Shown piece after piece: positions 18,173 to 27,341 of a stretch of 45,397 bases of DNA. This stretch comes from Burkholderiales bacterium (GTDB lineage Bacteria; Pseudomonadota; Gammaproteobacteria; Burkholderiales; SG8-39). The stretch's first letter is position 1. Each line of letters opens with the position of its first letter. The notes beneath the pieces were generated by a model, which worked only from the letters and a program-made list of their open reading frames with translations, was not told where the DNA came from and searched no databases. The stretch is from the NCBI GenBank assembly GCA_041904885.1, contig JAYRND010000372.1, positions 1 to 45,397 on the forward strand, written 5' to 3'. A program made the position numbers and the translations under genes.

Positions 18173-18535
18173 ATGGAACCGGCCGACAGCATCAGGCGCA
18201 TCGGCTTCAGCCGCTGGTACGAGCGCCGGCTCATCGAGAGCCACGCCTGGTTCGTGAGCGGAGTGCTGTGCCTGGTGGCGATCGCCGCCTGTGTGGAGGA
18301 GGTCGGCGAGCGCGGCTCCGCGCTCGGCGCGGTAGCGTACGCGCTGCTCGGGGTCGCCGCGATGGCGATCGGCGTATACGCTATCACCCGCTACGGCCAG
18401 ATCCTCGCCGAGGCGGAGGCGCTCGGTGAGCGCGCGACCTGCCGCGGTTGCGGCGCCTACGCGCGTTTCCGGCTGGTGTCGCCTTCGCAGGCCCGCTGCC
18501 GGCGCTGCGAGAGCGAGTGGCGGCTAATCGATTAG
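18173..18535 (+). CDS. Hypothetical membrane protein with two predicted TM helices and a C-terminal CxxC...CxxC zinc-ribbon-like motif
   Basis: Hydrophobic stretches are [16 protein letters not shown] and [19 protein letters not shown], followed by CRGCG...CRRCE. TTG 18158 is an alternative start. Confidence 0.5.
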   Translation: MEPADSIRRIGFSRWYERRLIESHAWFVSGVLCLVAIAACVEEVGERGSALGAVAYALLGVAAMAIGVYAITRYGQILAEAEALGERATCRGCGAYARFRLVSPSQARCRRCESEWRLID

Positions 18536-20137
18536 CGCGTACGCGGGCAGGGTCAGGAACTCGACGTAATCGCCCGCAGTGATCTTCTCGAAGAGCTCCG
18601 CGCCCTCTTCGTACTTGCCCGCTTTCCAGGCGTCCTCGCCAAGAGTGCTCCGCACTTTCGGCAGCTCTTCCTTCAGGAGCTGGCGGAACAGCTCCACCGT
18701 GACCTTGCGTCCGTCATCGAGCACACCCTTGGGCGAGCGGATCCATTGCCAGATCTGCGAGCGCGAGATTTCCGCGGTAGCGGCGTCTTCCATCAGGTTG
18801 AACACCGGCACGCAGCCGTTGCCTGCAAGCCATGCGCCCAGGTACTGGATACCTACGGAGATGTTGTTGCGCAGGCCCGCCTCGGTGATCGGCGCCGACG
18901 GCCTGAACTCGAGCAGGTCCTTCGCCGACACGTTCACGTCGGGCCTCTGCTTGCCGTACTGGTTCGGCTGCGGCATGTGCTTGTCGAATACCGCCTTCGC
19001 GATGGGCACGAGCGCCGGATGCGCCACCCAGGTCCCGTCGCAGCCGTCGGTCACCTCGCGCAGCTTGTCCTGGCGCACTTTCTCCAGCGCCGCGTCGTTT
19101 GCCGCGGGATCGTTCTTGATCGGGATCTGCGCCGCCATGCCGCCCATCGCTGGCGCGCCGCGCGCATGGCAGGTCTTAACCAGCAGCAGCGCGTAGCTGC
19201 GCATGAAAGGCGCGGTCATCGTCACCTGCGCGCGGTCGGCGAGGCAGAAATCCTTGTTGGCGCGGAACTTCTTGATGCACGAAAAGATGTAATCCCAGCG
19301 GCCGATGTTGAGCCCCGCGGAGTGGTCCTTCAGCTCCCAGAGGAACTCGTCCATCTCGAACGCGGCCACGACCGTTTCGATCAGGCACGTGGCCTTGATC
19401 GTTCCCTTTGGTATTCCCAGAGAATCCTGGGCGACGACAAAAACGTCATTCCACAGTCTCGCCTCGAGGTGCGACTCCATCTTCGGCAGGTAGAAATACG
19501 GGCCGCTGCCGCGCGCGAGCAGCTCCTTCGCGTTGTGGAAGAAGTACAGCCCGAAATCGAAGAGGCCGCCGGCGACGGCGGTGCCGTCCACGGTCATGTG
19601 CTTTTCATCCAGGTGCCAGCCGCGCGGCCGCGGCAGCAAGACGGCGGTCTTGTCGTTCAGCCGGTAGCTCTTGCCGCCCGCGTCGAGCGTGATCGTGCGC
19701 CGCACCGCGTCGCGCAGGTTGATCTGCCCGTCGACCATGTTGAACCAGGTCGGGCAGTTGGCGTCCTCGAAATCCGCCATGAAGGTCGAAGCGCCGCAGT
19801 TGAGCGCATTGATGACCATCTTGCGGTCGGTAGGCCCAGTGATCTCGACCCGGCGGTCGAGCAGGTCCTTCGGCTGCGGCGCGATCTTCCATGCCGACTC
19901 GCGGATCGACTTCGTCTCGGGCAGGAAATCGGGCAGCCTGCCGGCGTCGAACTCCTTCTGCCGCGCGGCACGGCGCGCGAGCAGCGCCTGGCGCGGCGAT
20001 TCGAACTGGCGATGCAGCTTGGCGACGAACGCGAGCGCCTCCGGAGTGAGGATCTGGGCGAATTCAGCGGAAATCGGCGCCGTGATGCGCACGCCATCGG
20101 GCAGCAGGGGAAGTTCTCGGTTCACGGCGGAGAACAC
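18524..20137 (-). CDS. aceB: Malate synthase A
   Basis: The product is 537 aa. Motifs include [52 protein letters not shown] and GGMAAQIP. Confidence 0.95.
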   Translation of the reverse strand: MFSAVNRELPLLPDGVRITAPISAEFAQILTPEALAFVAKLHRQFESPRQALLARRAARQKEFDAGRLPDFLPETKSIRESAWKIAPQPKDLLDRRVEITGPTDRKMVINALNCGASTFMADFEDANCPTWFNMVDGQINLRDAVRRTITLDAGGKSYRLNDKTAVLLPRPRGWHLDEKHMTVDGTAVAGGLFDFGLYFFHNAKELLARGSGPYFYLPKMESHLEARLWNDVFVVAQDSLGIPKGTIKATCLIETVVAAFEMDEFLWELKDHSAGLNIGRWDYIFSCIKKFRANKDFCLADRAQVTMTAPFMRSYALLLVKTCHARGAPAMGGMAAQIPIKNDPAANDAALEKVRQDKLREVTDGCDGTWVAHPALVPIAKAVFDKHMPQPNQYGKQRPDVNVSAKDLLEFRPSAPITEAGLRNNISVGIQYLGAWLAGNGCVPVFNLMEDAATAEISRSQIWQWIRSPKGVLDDGRKVTVELFRQLLKEELPKVRSTLGEDAWKAGKYEEGAELFEKITAGDYVEFLTLPAYALID

Positions 20138-20284
20138 TCTCTTGAGAGGGGGACAAGAATTCTACGATTCGGGTTGCCGCACCGCAACATGAAATCCTCG
20201 CTGCGCCTGCTGCAACGCGTGATTGCGGCATGCGCCAAGCCGGGGTAGTCTCGCCTCCCGTAGTGCGGAGGTAAATTTCACATT

Positions 20285-21358
20285 ATGAAAAATCCTCTGA
20301 GCGTGCTCATCTTCGGCGCCTCGTATGGCTCGCTGCTTGCGACCAAAATTGCCCTCGCGGGCCACAGCGCCACGATGGTCTGCACCCCTGCCGAAGCCGA
20401 GTTGTTCAACCGCGAAGGAGCGATCGTCCGGCTGCCGGTGAAGGGGCGGCAGGAGCTGGTCGAAGTCCGGTCGCGCGCGCTGCGCGGCAGGATTTCAGCG
20501 AGCACCCCGGCAGAGGCGGGTCCGTCCGGCCACGACCTCGCCGTGCTGGGCATGCAGGAACCTCAGTACCGCTCGCCCGGCGTGCGCGAACTGCTCGCGG
20601 CCGTCGCGAAAGCCAAGCTGCCTTGCATGTCGATCATGAACATCCCGCCGCTGCCCTACCTAGCGCGCATTCCGGGCCTGCAGACGACTGCGCTACGCGA
20701 TTGCTACACCGATGCGGCCGTTTGGGACGGCTTCGATCCGAAGCTCATGACCCTGTGCAGCCCCGATCCGCAGGCTTTCCGACCGCCAGAGGAGAAGGTC
20801 AACGTATTGCAGGTGCGGCTGCCGACCAACTTCAAATCCGCGCGCTTCGACGCCGATGCGCATACGCAGCTCCTGCGCCGGCTCGAAGCGGACATCGAGG
20901 CCGCGCGCTGGGACGCGGGCGGCGAGAAGATCGAGCTTCCGGTCAAGCTCAAGGTGCACGAATCGGTGTACGTACCGCTCGCCAAGTGGGCGATGCTGCT
21001 TGCGGGCAACTACCGCTGCATCGAGAAAACAGGCGTTCGGTCGATCCGCGACGCCGTGCACGGCGACCTGGAGACGTCGCGCTCGGTCTACAACTGGGTC
21101 GTCCAACTATGCATCGCGCTGGGCGCGGACGCGAAGGACATGGTGCCCTTCGAGAAGTACGCCGCTGCCGCGCAATCGCTGGTCACGCCATCGTCGGCGG
21201 CGCGCGCGGTCGCCGGCGGCGCTCCGAACATCGAGCGCACCGACCGGCTGGTCAAGGCGATCGGCGCCCAGAAAGGCATGCGCTCGGCGGCGATCGATGA
21301 GGTCGTCGCGGTGGTGGATGCGCGGCTGGAGGCGAACCGCAGTTCCGCCCGGCAATGA
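20285..21358 (+). CDS. Hypothetical NAD(P)-binding oxidoreductase, distantly similar to ketopantoate reductase (ApbA/PanE)
   Basis: The N-terminus VLIFGASYGSLLATKIALAGHSATMV looks like a Rossmann beta-alpha-beta unit. A GGAGG Shine-Dalgarno lies upstream. The C-terminal half only loosely resembles PanE-type helical domains. The assignment is tentative. Confidence 0.55.
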   Translation: MKNPLSVLIFGASYGSLLATKIALAGHSATMVCTPAEAELFNREGAIVRLPVKGRQELVEVRSRALRGRISASTPAEAGPSGHDLAVLGMQEPQYRSPGVRELLAAVAKAKLPCMSIMNIPPLPYLARIPGLQTTALRDCYTDAAVWDGFDPKLMTLCSPDPQAFRPPEEKVNVLQVRLPTNFKSARFDADAHTQLLRRLEADIEAARWDAGGEKIELPVKLKVHESVYVPLAKWAMLLAGNYRCIEKTGVRSIRDAVHGDLETSRSVYNWVVQLCIALGADAKDMVPFEKYAAAAQSLVTPSSAARAVAGGAPNIERTDRLVKAIGAQKGMRSAAIDEVVAVVDARLEANRSSARQ

Positions 21359-21359
21359 C

Positions 21360-22763
21360 TCAAGGCTCGGCGTCGCCGATGCCCAGCTCCTGGATCTTGC
21401 GCGTGATGGTGTTGCGGCCCATGCCGAGCAGGTTGGCCGCCTCGATCCTGCGCCCGCCGGTGCGCGCGAGCGCCCTGGAAATCAGCGAGCGCTCGAACTG
21501 CCGCGACAACTGATCCAGGACGCCGGTCTCGCCGCGCGCCAGCCGCCGCTCGACTTCCTGTTCCAGCGCGGCGATCCAGTCCGCCGCGGCAGCCGGACGA
21601 GAGTCCTCGGGCAGCCCGCGGAATTCCGCCGGCAGGTCGGCCACCCCGATGGCCTGCCCCGGAGCCATGACCGTGAGCCAGTGGCAAAGGTTCTCCAGCT
21701 GCCGGACGTTGCCGGGAAAGTCCATCCGGCCAATGTGAGCAAGCACTTCGTCGGAAAGCCGCTTCGGCTCGACCCCCAGCTCCTTGGCGCTGCGGGCGAG
21801 AAAGTGCCGCGCCAAGATCGGGATGTCCTCTCGCCGCTCGCGCAGCGACGGGATACGCACGCGAATCACGTTCAGGCGATGGTAGAGGTCCTCGCGGAAG
21901 ACGCCTTCGCGGACCCGCGTGTCGAGGTCCTGGTGCGTGGCGGCGATCACCCGCACGTTTGCCTTCAGTTGCTGGTGGCCGCCCACGCGATAAAACGTGC
22001 CGTCCGAAAGCACGCGCAGCAGCCGCGTCTGCAGCTCTGCCGGCATGTCGCCGATCTCGTCGAGAAACAGCGTGCCGCCCTCGGCCTGCTCGAAGCGCCC
22101 GCGCCGCAAGGCCTGTGCTCCGGTGAACGCGCCGCGCTCGTGGCCGAACAGCTCGGACTCGAGCAGGTCCTTGGGCATGGCCGCCGTATTGATGGCGACG
22201 AACGGCCTCGCCGCGCGCGCGCTGTGCCGGTGCAGGGCGCGTGCGACCAGTTCCTTGCCGGTGCCAGACTCGCCGGTGATGAGCACGGTGGCGCTCGATT
22301 GCGACAACCGGCCGATGGCGCGGAATACCTCCTGCATCGCGGGCGCCTGCCCGAGGATTTCCGGTACTTCGCCTACCGGCTCCAGCGCCGACTGCTCGCG
22401 CTGGCTCTCCCCTAGAGCCCTTCGGATCAGCTCGACCGCCTGGTCCACGTCGAAAGGCTTGGGCAGGTACTCGTAAGCGCCACCCTGGAATGCGGCGACG
22501 GCCGAATCCAGATCCGAGTAGGCGGTCATCACGATCACGGGGACCGCGGGGTGCTTCTCCTTCACCTCCTGGAGCAGCTCGATGCCGGACTGCCCGGGCA
22601 TGCGGATGTCCGAGATCAGCACCTGAGGCGCCCCCTCGGGCAGCGCATCCAGCGCCTCCCGTGCGGAAGCGAAAGAGTTGTAGGCGATCCCCTCCCGTGT
22701 GAGCGCTTTTTCGAACACCCAGCGGATAGAGCGATCGTCGTCGACGATCCAGACCGGTTTCAT
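21360..22763 (-). CDS. ntrC: Nitrogen regulation protein NR(I), the sigma-54-dependent response regulator NtrC
   Basis: It has a receiver domain (VWIVDDD...ISDIRMPG), an AAA+ domain (ITGESGTGKE, GAFTGA, ELFGHERGAFTGA) and a C-terminal Fis-type HTH (AANLLGMGRNTITRKI). Confidence 0.95.
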   Translation of the reverse strand: MKPVWIVDDDRSIRWVFEKALTREGIAYNSFASAREALDALPEGAPQVLISDIRMPGQSGIELLQEVKEKHPAVPVIVMTAYSDLDSAVAAFQGGAYEYLPKPFDVDQAVELIRRALGESQREQSALEPVGEVPEILGQAPAMQEVFRAIGRLSQSSATVLITGESGTGKELVARALHRHSARAARPFVAINTAAMPKDLLESELFGHERGAFTGAQALRRGRFEQAEGGTLFLDEIGDMPAELQTRLLRVLSDGTFYRVGGHQQLKANVRVIAATHQDLDTRVREGVFREDLYHRLNVIRVRIPSLRERREDIPILARHFLARSAKELGVEPKRLSDEVLAHIGRMDFPGNVRQLENLCHWLTVMAPGQAIGVADLPAEFRGLPEDSRPAAAADWIAALEQEVERRLARGETGVLDQLSRQFERSLISRALARTGGRRIEAANLLGMGRNTITRKIQELGIGDAEP

Positions 22764-23836
22764 GCCAATGGCAGCAGCAGTGTGAATACGGTTCTTCCCG
22801 GGCGGCTGTCGAATTCGACTACGCCGCCGTGGTTATGTACGAAGGTCTGCACGAGCGAGAGGCCAATCCCGCTACCGCCCTCCCTACCCGAAACCAGGGG
22901 GTTGAAGATGCGGTCGCGAATGTCCTCGGGCACGCCAGGCCCGTCGTCAATCACTTGCAATTCCAATGCCAGCTTGTGGCGCTGGCGGGCGAGGGTCACC
23001 TGCCGCAGGGACCGCGTCCGCAGCACGATAGTCCCCCCCCTGCCGCCGTGCGCACCCGAAAGGAGCGCCTGGGCGGCGTTGCGGACGACGTTCAGGACCG
23101 CCTGGATGAGCTGCTCGATGTCCCCGACCAATTCGGGGACGCTGGGGTCGTAATTGCGCAGGACCGAGATGCCGCTCGGGAACTCCGCTTCCACCAGGCT
23201 GCGCACGCGCTCGAGCACCTCGTGGATGTTGACCGGCGCCAGCCGCGCCGCCCGCCTGGGGGTAAGGAGACGGTCGAGAAGAATCTGCAGGCGGTCCGCC
23301 TCCTTGATGATGACCTGCGTGTACTCCTTCAGGTCCGCGCGGTCCAGTTCGCGCTCCAGGAGCTGTGCCGAGCCCCGCAGCCCGCCCAGCGGGTTCTTGA
23401 TCTCGTGCGCGAGGTTGCGCAGGAGCTCGCGTGTCACCTCCTGCTGGTCGTGCAGGCGTTCCTCCCGCTCCTGACGCAGCTGCTCCTGGATCGGCCGCAA
23501 CTCGGCGAGCAGCGGGGTGCCCGGCGCGTCGATGGGCGCCACCACGCAGGAAAGCGGCAGCGGCTCGTGCCCCGGCCGTTCGTAGCCGACGGTCTGTGCG
23601 CGATAGCTCCAATGCGCGGCAAGGGCCTCTTCCAGCATTCCTTCCACTTTCGGAGCCTCCGCAAACAGCTCGGAGAAGCGCTGCCCGGCCAGTGACCGGA
23701 CCCCGACGCCAAGAAGGTCTGCCGCAGCCTGATTGGCATAGCGGATCACGTGGCCGGCATCCAGCACCACCACTGCGGTGGCGAGCAGCTCCAGCCCGGA
23801 GAATGCGGCGGCCATGGGCTTGGTCGAGGCGACCAC
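22760..23836 (-). CDS. ntrB: Nitrogen regulation sensor histidine kinase NR(II), NtrB
   Basis: It has a PAS-like N-terminus, an H-box (LAHEIKNPLGG) and N/G boxes (VVRNAAQA, DDGPGVP, GGSGIGLS). The stop overlaps the ntrC start. Confidence 0.92.
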   Translation of the reverse strand: MVASTKPMAAAFSGLELLATAVVVLDAGHVIRYANQAAADLLGVGVRSLAGQRFSELFAEAPKVEGMLEEALAAHWSYRAQTVGYERPGHEPLPLSCVVAPIDAPGTPLLAELRPIQEQLRQEREERLHDQQEVTRELLRNLAHEIKNPLGGLRGSAQLLERELDRADLKEYTQVIIKEADRLQILLDRLLTPRRAARLAPVNIHEVLERVRSLVEAEFPSGISVLRNYDPSVPELVGDIEQLIQAVLNVVRNAAQALLSGAHGGRGGTIVLRTRSLRQVTLARQRHKLALELQVIDDGPGVPEDIRDRIFNPLVSGREGGSGIGLSLVQTFVHNHGGVVEFDSRPGRTVFTLLLPLA

Positions 23837-23855
23837 GGTCCGTTGCGGCCGCGCC

Positions 23856-24341
23856 TCAGCGCGAGAGGCTCGCCAGCTCGCGCTTGAGGGCTTCGACGTT
23901 TTTCTCGTGGACTTCGACGGTGTCCTTGTACGGCTTGAGGCGCTCGATCACCTTGGCGTAGTTCTTCTCGTCGCCGCCGCGGATCGCCTCCTGTTCGGCG
24001 AGCTTCTTCCTCGCGTCGGCGAGCATCGCCTCTTCCTGGTTGAGCTCCTTCTCCAGGGTGTCCCGCTGCTTCGCCTTCGAAGTGGCGCGATCGGCCGTGG
24101 ATTCGCGCGGGAAGTTGGGCGGCGACTTGACCTTGGCCGCGGGTACCACCGTCACGCGCTCCTCGGAAACGACGCGGCATTCCTTGCCCACGGTGTCGGC
24201 CTTCTGGTCGGTCAGGGTGGTCCGGCCAGCCGGGTCCTTGCAGTTCCAGAGGGTTTTGACCTGCTGCTGGGGCTGGGCAAAGGCCAGCCCGGCGGCCGAA
24301 ACGCCTAGTGCCAGGACGAACCATGCACCGATCCGTGCCAT
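23856..24341 (-). CDS. Exported DUF4124-like protein with a coiled-coil C-terminal half
   Basis: It carries a signal peptide (MARIGAWFVLALGVSAAGLAFAQ) and a charged, coiled-coil-like C-terminus. It sits between glnA and ntrB. Confidence 0.65.
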   Translation of the reverse strand: MARIGAWFVLALGVSAAGLAFAQPQQQVKTLWNCKDPAGRTTLTDQKADTVGKECRVVSEERVTVVPAAKVKSPPNFPRESTADRATSKAKQRDTLEKELNQEEAMLADARKKLAEQEAIRGGDEKNYAKVIERLKPYKDTVEVHEKNVEALKRELASLSR

Positions 24342-24369
24342 AGAAGTCAGAAAGTCTCTGAGTTGGGCT

Positions 24370-24385
24370 CGCTAAGTCTATGCCA
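24370..24385 (-). promoter_or_regulatory. Candidate sigma-54 promoter upstream of the DUF4124-ntrB-ntrC genes
   Basis: The minus strand reads TGGCAT-agact-TAGCG. The GG-N10-GC spacing is correct, but the -12 element is imperfect. Confidence 0.3.
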
Positions 24386-24412
24386 CAAATAGGATTTCTT
24401 CAATCGCACCCC

Positions 24413-24446
24413 AAAATGGAAAGGGCGGGTCAGACCCGCCCCTCCC
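24413..24446 (-). terminator. Rho-independent terminator of glnA
   Basis: The minus-strand RNA reads GGGAGGGGCGGGU-CUG-ACCCGCCCUUUCC, a stem of about 13 bp including G-U pairs. It is followed by AUUUU and lies about 25 nt after the glnA stop. Confidence 0.75.
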
Positions 24447-24470
24447 TAACGCACCAGCCGCGTCCCAAGA

Positions 24471-25886
24471 CTACGAGCTGTAGTACATGTCGAACTCGAC
24501 CGGGTGGGTGGTCATACGGAAGCGCGTGACCTCCTCCGATTTGAGTGCGATGTAAGACTCCAGGAAGTCCTGGTCGAACACGCCCCCCTTGAGGAGGAAC
24601 GCGTGGTCCTTCTCCAGGTGCCCGAGCGCTTCGTCCAGCGAGGCGCAGACGTGCGGCACCTTGGCCGCTTCCTCCGGCGGCAGGTGATAGAGGTCCTTGT
24701 CGATCGGGTCGCCGGGATGGATCTTGTTCTGCACTCCGTCCAGGCCCGCCATGAGCATGGCCGAGAACGCGAGGTAGGCGTTCGCGGTCGGGTCGGGGAA
24801 GCGCACTTCCACGCGACGTGCCTTCGGGCTCGACACGAACGGAATGCGGCAGGACGCGGAGCGGTTGCGCGCCGAGTAGGCGAGGTTGATGGGCGCCTCG
24901 AATCCCGGCACCAGGCGCTTGTAGGAATTGGTGCCCGGATTGGTGATGGCGTTCAGCGCCTTGGCGTGCTTGATGATGCCGCCGATGTAGAACAGCGCGA
25001 ACTCCGACAGGCCTGCGTAGAGGTTCCCGGCAAACAGGTTGTTGCCGCCCTTCCACACCGACTGGTGCACGTGCATGCCCGAGCCGTTGTCGCCAACGAT
25101 CGGCTTCGGCATGAAGGTCGCCGTCTTGCCGTAGGAGGCGGCGACGTTCCACACCGTGTACTTCAGGATCTGCAGCCAGTCCGCGCGCTGCACCAGCGGC
25201 GCAAATTTGGTGCCGATCTCGCACTGGCCGGCGGCCGCCACTTCGTGGTGGTGCACCTCGACTTCCACGCCCTGCTGCTCGAGGGCCAGGCACATCGCGT
25301 TGCGGATATCCTGCAGCGTGTCCGCCGGCGGCACGGGGAAATAGCCGCCCTTCACCGGCGCACGGTGCGCCATGTTGCCCGCCTCGTAGTCGATGCCCGA
25401 GGACCAGGGCGCTTCTTCGGACTTGATCTTGACCGAAGAGCCCGACATGTCGACACTCCAGGTCACGCCGTCGAAGATGAAGAACTCGGGCTCCGGGCCG
25501 AAATACGCGACGTCGCCCAGCCCCGAGGACTTCAGATAGGCCTCGGCGCGCTTGGCGATCCCGCGCGGGCAGCGGTTGTAGGGCTTGCCGTCGCCCGGCT
25601 CGATGACGTCGCAATTGATGTTGAGCACGGCCTCGTCGGTGAACGGATCCATGCGTGCAGTGGCCGGGTCGGGGAACAGGAGCATGTCGGAGGCCTGAAT
25701 GCCCTTCCAGCCCGCGATCGACGAGCCGTCGAAGGCGTGCCCGTCGACGAACTTGTCCTTGCCGAACACCTTGGCCGGAACCGATACGTGCTGCTCCTTG
25801 CCGCGCGTGTCGGCGAAGCGAAGGTCGACGAACTTCACTTCCTTGTCCTTGATCATCTTCAATACGTCATCGGGCGTCATCGCCAT
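24471..25886 (-). CDS. glnA: Glutamine synthetase type I
   Basis: The product is 471 aa. Motifs include [41 protein letters not shown] and the adenylylation-site region [10 protein letters not shown]. Confidence 0.97.
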   Translation of the reverse strand: MAMTPDDVLKMIKDKEVKFVDLRFADTRGKEQHVSVPAKVFGKDKFVDGHAFDGSSIAGWKGIQASDMLLFPDPATARMDPFTDEAVLNINCDVIEPGDGKPYNRCPRGIAKRAEAYLKSSGLGDVAYFGPEPEFFIFDGVTWSVDMSGSSVKIKSEEAPWSSGIDYEAGNMAHRAPVKGGYFPVPPADTLQDIRNAMCLALEQQGVEVEVHHHEVAAAGQCEIGTKFAPLVQRADWLQILKYTVWNVAASYGKTATFMPKPIVGDNGSGMHVHQSVWKGGNNLFAGNLYAGLSEFALFYIGGIIKHAKALNAITNPGTNSYKRLVPGFEAPINLAYSARNRSASCRIPFVSSPKARRVEVRFPDPTANAYLAFSAMLMAGLDGVQNKIHPGDPIDKDLYHLPPEEAAKVPHVCASLDEALGHLEKDHAFLLKGGVFDQDFLESYIALKSEEVTRFRMTTHPVEFDMYYSS

Positions 25887-25951
25887 CTCATGTCTCCTGA
25901 ACGGGTCGTAGATAAGACTGGCTGGACGCGCCAGCCGGATCCGCCTGTATG

Positions 25952-25967
25952 AGCAGAATCCATGCCA
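25952..25967 (-). promoter_or_regulatory. Sigma-54 (-24/-12) promoter of glnA, glnAp2 type
   Basis: The minus strand reads TGGCAT-ggatt-cTGCT, against the consensus TGGCAC-N5-TTGCA. It lies about 65 nt upstream of the glnA ATG, which has an AGGAGA Shine-Dalgarno. Confidence 0.75.
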
Positions 25968-26029
25968 AACGTCCTGGCCACGGCCCTCCCCTCTGTGGGC
26001 CGAGTTGGTGCGATTCTACCCGACGAAAA

Positions 26030-26046
26030 TGCACTTTTATAGTGCG
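26030..26046. promoter_or_regulatory. NtrC (NR-I) enhancer-type binding site
   Basis: TGCACttttataGTGCg matches the palindromic consensus TGCACC-N5-GGTGCA. It lies about 65-80 nt upstream of the -24 element. Confidence 0.6.
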
Positions 26047-26059
26047 TGCCGAGAATGCA

Positions 26060-26077
26060 GCGACCACTGATGGTGCA
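26060..26077. promoter_or_regulatory. Second NtrC site, with a strong right half-site
   Basis: In gcgACCActgaTGGTGCA the right half TGGTGCA is perfect and the left half is partial. A further half-site, TGGTGCG, lies at 26006-26012. Confidence 0.45.
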
Positions 26078-26105
26078 CGAGGCATCGGATCCTATAATCG
26101 CGTCG

Positions 26106-26543
26106 ATGAACGAAATCGAGGCGAAGGCGAAGGAACGCGGCAGCCAAATGGGGCTTCCCTATGCCGGGGCGGTTCTCCCGGAAGAAGCGCACGCCCTCAT
26201 GCAAAAGGGCGCAAAGCTGATCGACGTGCGCACCCTTGCCGAGCGCCACTTCGTCGGATCGGTGCCCGGCAGCGAAGCAATCGAGTGGAGCAATTTCCCG
26301 CAAGGACAGCGCAACCCGACGTTCCTCGAGCAGCTCGAAGAGGTCGCGCGCAAGGACGAGACCGTTTTGTTCCTGTGCCGCTCCGGCGCGCGCTCGCACC
26401 ACGCTGCGATCATCGCCACCGACGCGGGCTGGCGGGATTGCTACAACGTGCTCGAAGGCTTCGAAGGCGACAAAGACCCCTCCGGACACCGCGGCACCGT
26501 CAACGGCTGGCGCAAAGCCGGCCTGCCCTGGATTCAGAGCTAG
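26106..26543 (+). CDS. Rhodanese-like domain protein (sulfurtransferase). The start is uncertain.
   Basis: The rhodanese domain reads LIDVRTLAERHFVGSVPGS with the active-site loop FLCRSGARS. Possible starts are GTG 26046, ATG 26106 and ATG 26148. I prefer 26106 because the NtrC sites would otherwise fall inside the CDS. Confidence 0.7.
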   Translation: MNEIEAKAKERGSQMGLPYAGAVLPEEAHALMQKGAKLIDVRTLAERHFVGSVPGSEAIEWSNFPQGQRNPTFLEQLEEVARKDETVLFLCRSGARSHHAAIIATDAGWRDCYNVLEGFEGDKDPSGHRGTVNGWRKAGLPWIQS

Positions 26544-26544
26544 C

Positions 26545-27336
26545 CTAGGGCGTCCAGCTGACCCATCCGAAGTGGGCGGTGAGCAGCACCGCGGCGCCGA
26601 AGGCGATGCGATACCAGGCGAACGGGCGGAAATCGTGCGTCGCGACGTAGCGGATCAGCCAGCGGATCACGACGAACGCGGAGAGGAAGGACACCGAGAG
26701 CCCGACGGCGAACATGCCGATGTCGTCGGCGCTGAAGAGGGCGCGGTTCTTCCACAGGTCGTAGCCGCCCGCGGCCACTAGCGTCGGCACCGCGAGGAAG
26801 AACGAAAACTCGGTTGCGGCGCGGCGCGACAGGCCGAACAGCATGCCGCCGATGATTGTCGCGCCCGCGCGCGATGTGCCCGGGATCAGCGCGAAGCACT
26901 GCGCGACGCCGACCTTGAGCGCGTCGAGCCAGGTCATCGCCCGCGTGCTGTCCACCCTGGATTTCCTGTCTCCCCGTTCCACGAGAAGGATGATCACGCC
27001 GCCGACGATGAAGGCGAGCGCCACGGGCACCGCGTGGAACAGGTAGGACTTGATGTACTTGCCGAACAGGAACCCCATTGCGGCCGCGGGCACGAACGCG
27101 ACGACCAGATTGCGGTAGAGCGCCGGGTCGATGCGGAAAAAGCGCGCGCGGTACTCCCAGAGCACCGCGAGCATTGCGCCAGTCTGGATGGCGACGAAGA
27201 ACACGCCCGCACGCTCGTCGGAGAAGCCCAGCAGCGCGCCCGCGAGGATCAGGTGGCCGGTGCTGGAGACTGGCAGAAACTCGGTGACGCCTTCGACCAG
27301 GCCGAGCACCAGCGCGTGCAGCAGTTGGGCATCCAT
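26545..27336 (-). CDS. uppP: Undecaprenyl-diphosphate phosphatase
   Basis: [31 protein letters not shown] is the classic BacA/UppP N-terminus. [10 protein letters not shown] follows later, and the protein is multi-TM. The 537-aa track ORF is an upstream extension over the neighbouring gene. Confidence 0.93.
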   Translation of the reverse strand: MDAQLLHALVLGLVEGVTEFLPVSSTGHLILAGALLGFSDERAGVFFVAIQTGAMLAVLWEYRARFFRIDPALYRNLVVAFVPAAAMGFLFGKYIKSYLFHAVPVALAFIVGGVIILLVERGDRKSRVDSTRAMTWLDALKVGVAQCFALIPGTSRAGATIIGGMLFGLSRRAATEFSFFLAVPTLVAAGGYDLWKNRALFSADDIGMFAVGLSVSFLSAFVVIRWLIRYVATHDFRPFAWYRIAFGAAVLLTAHFGWVSWTP

Positions 27337-27341
27337 CGCCG

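Noticed and set aside
24413-24470. The possibility of a glnA 3'-UTR-derived small RNA (GlnZ-like)
   Set aside because: The 3' UTR is only about 58 nt and consists almost entirely of the terminator hairpin. It shares no sequence with the known enterobacterial sRNA that I can recognise.
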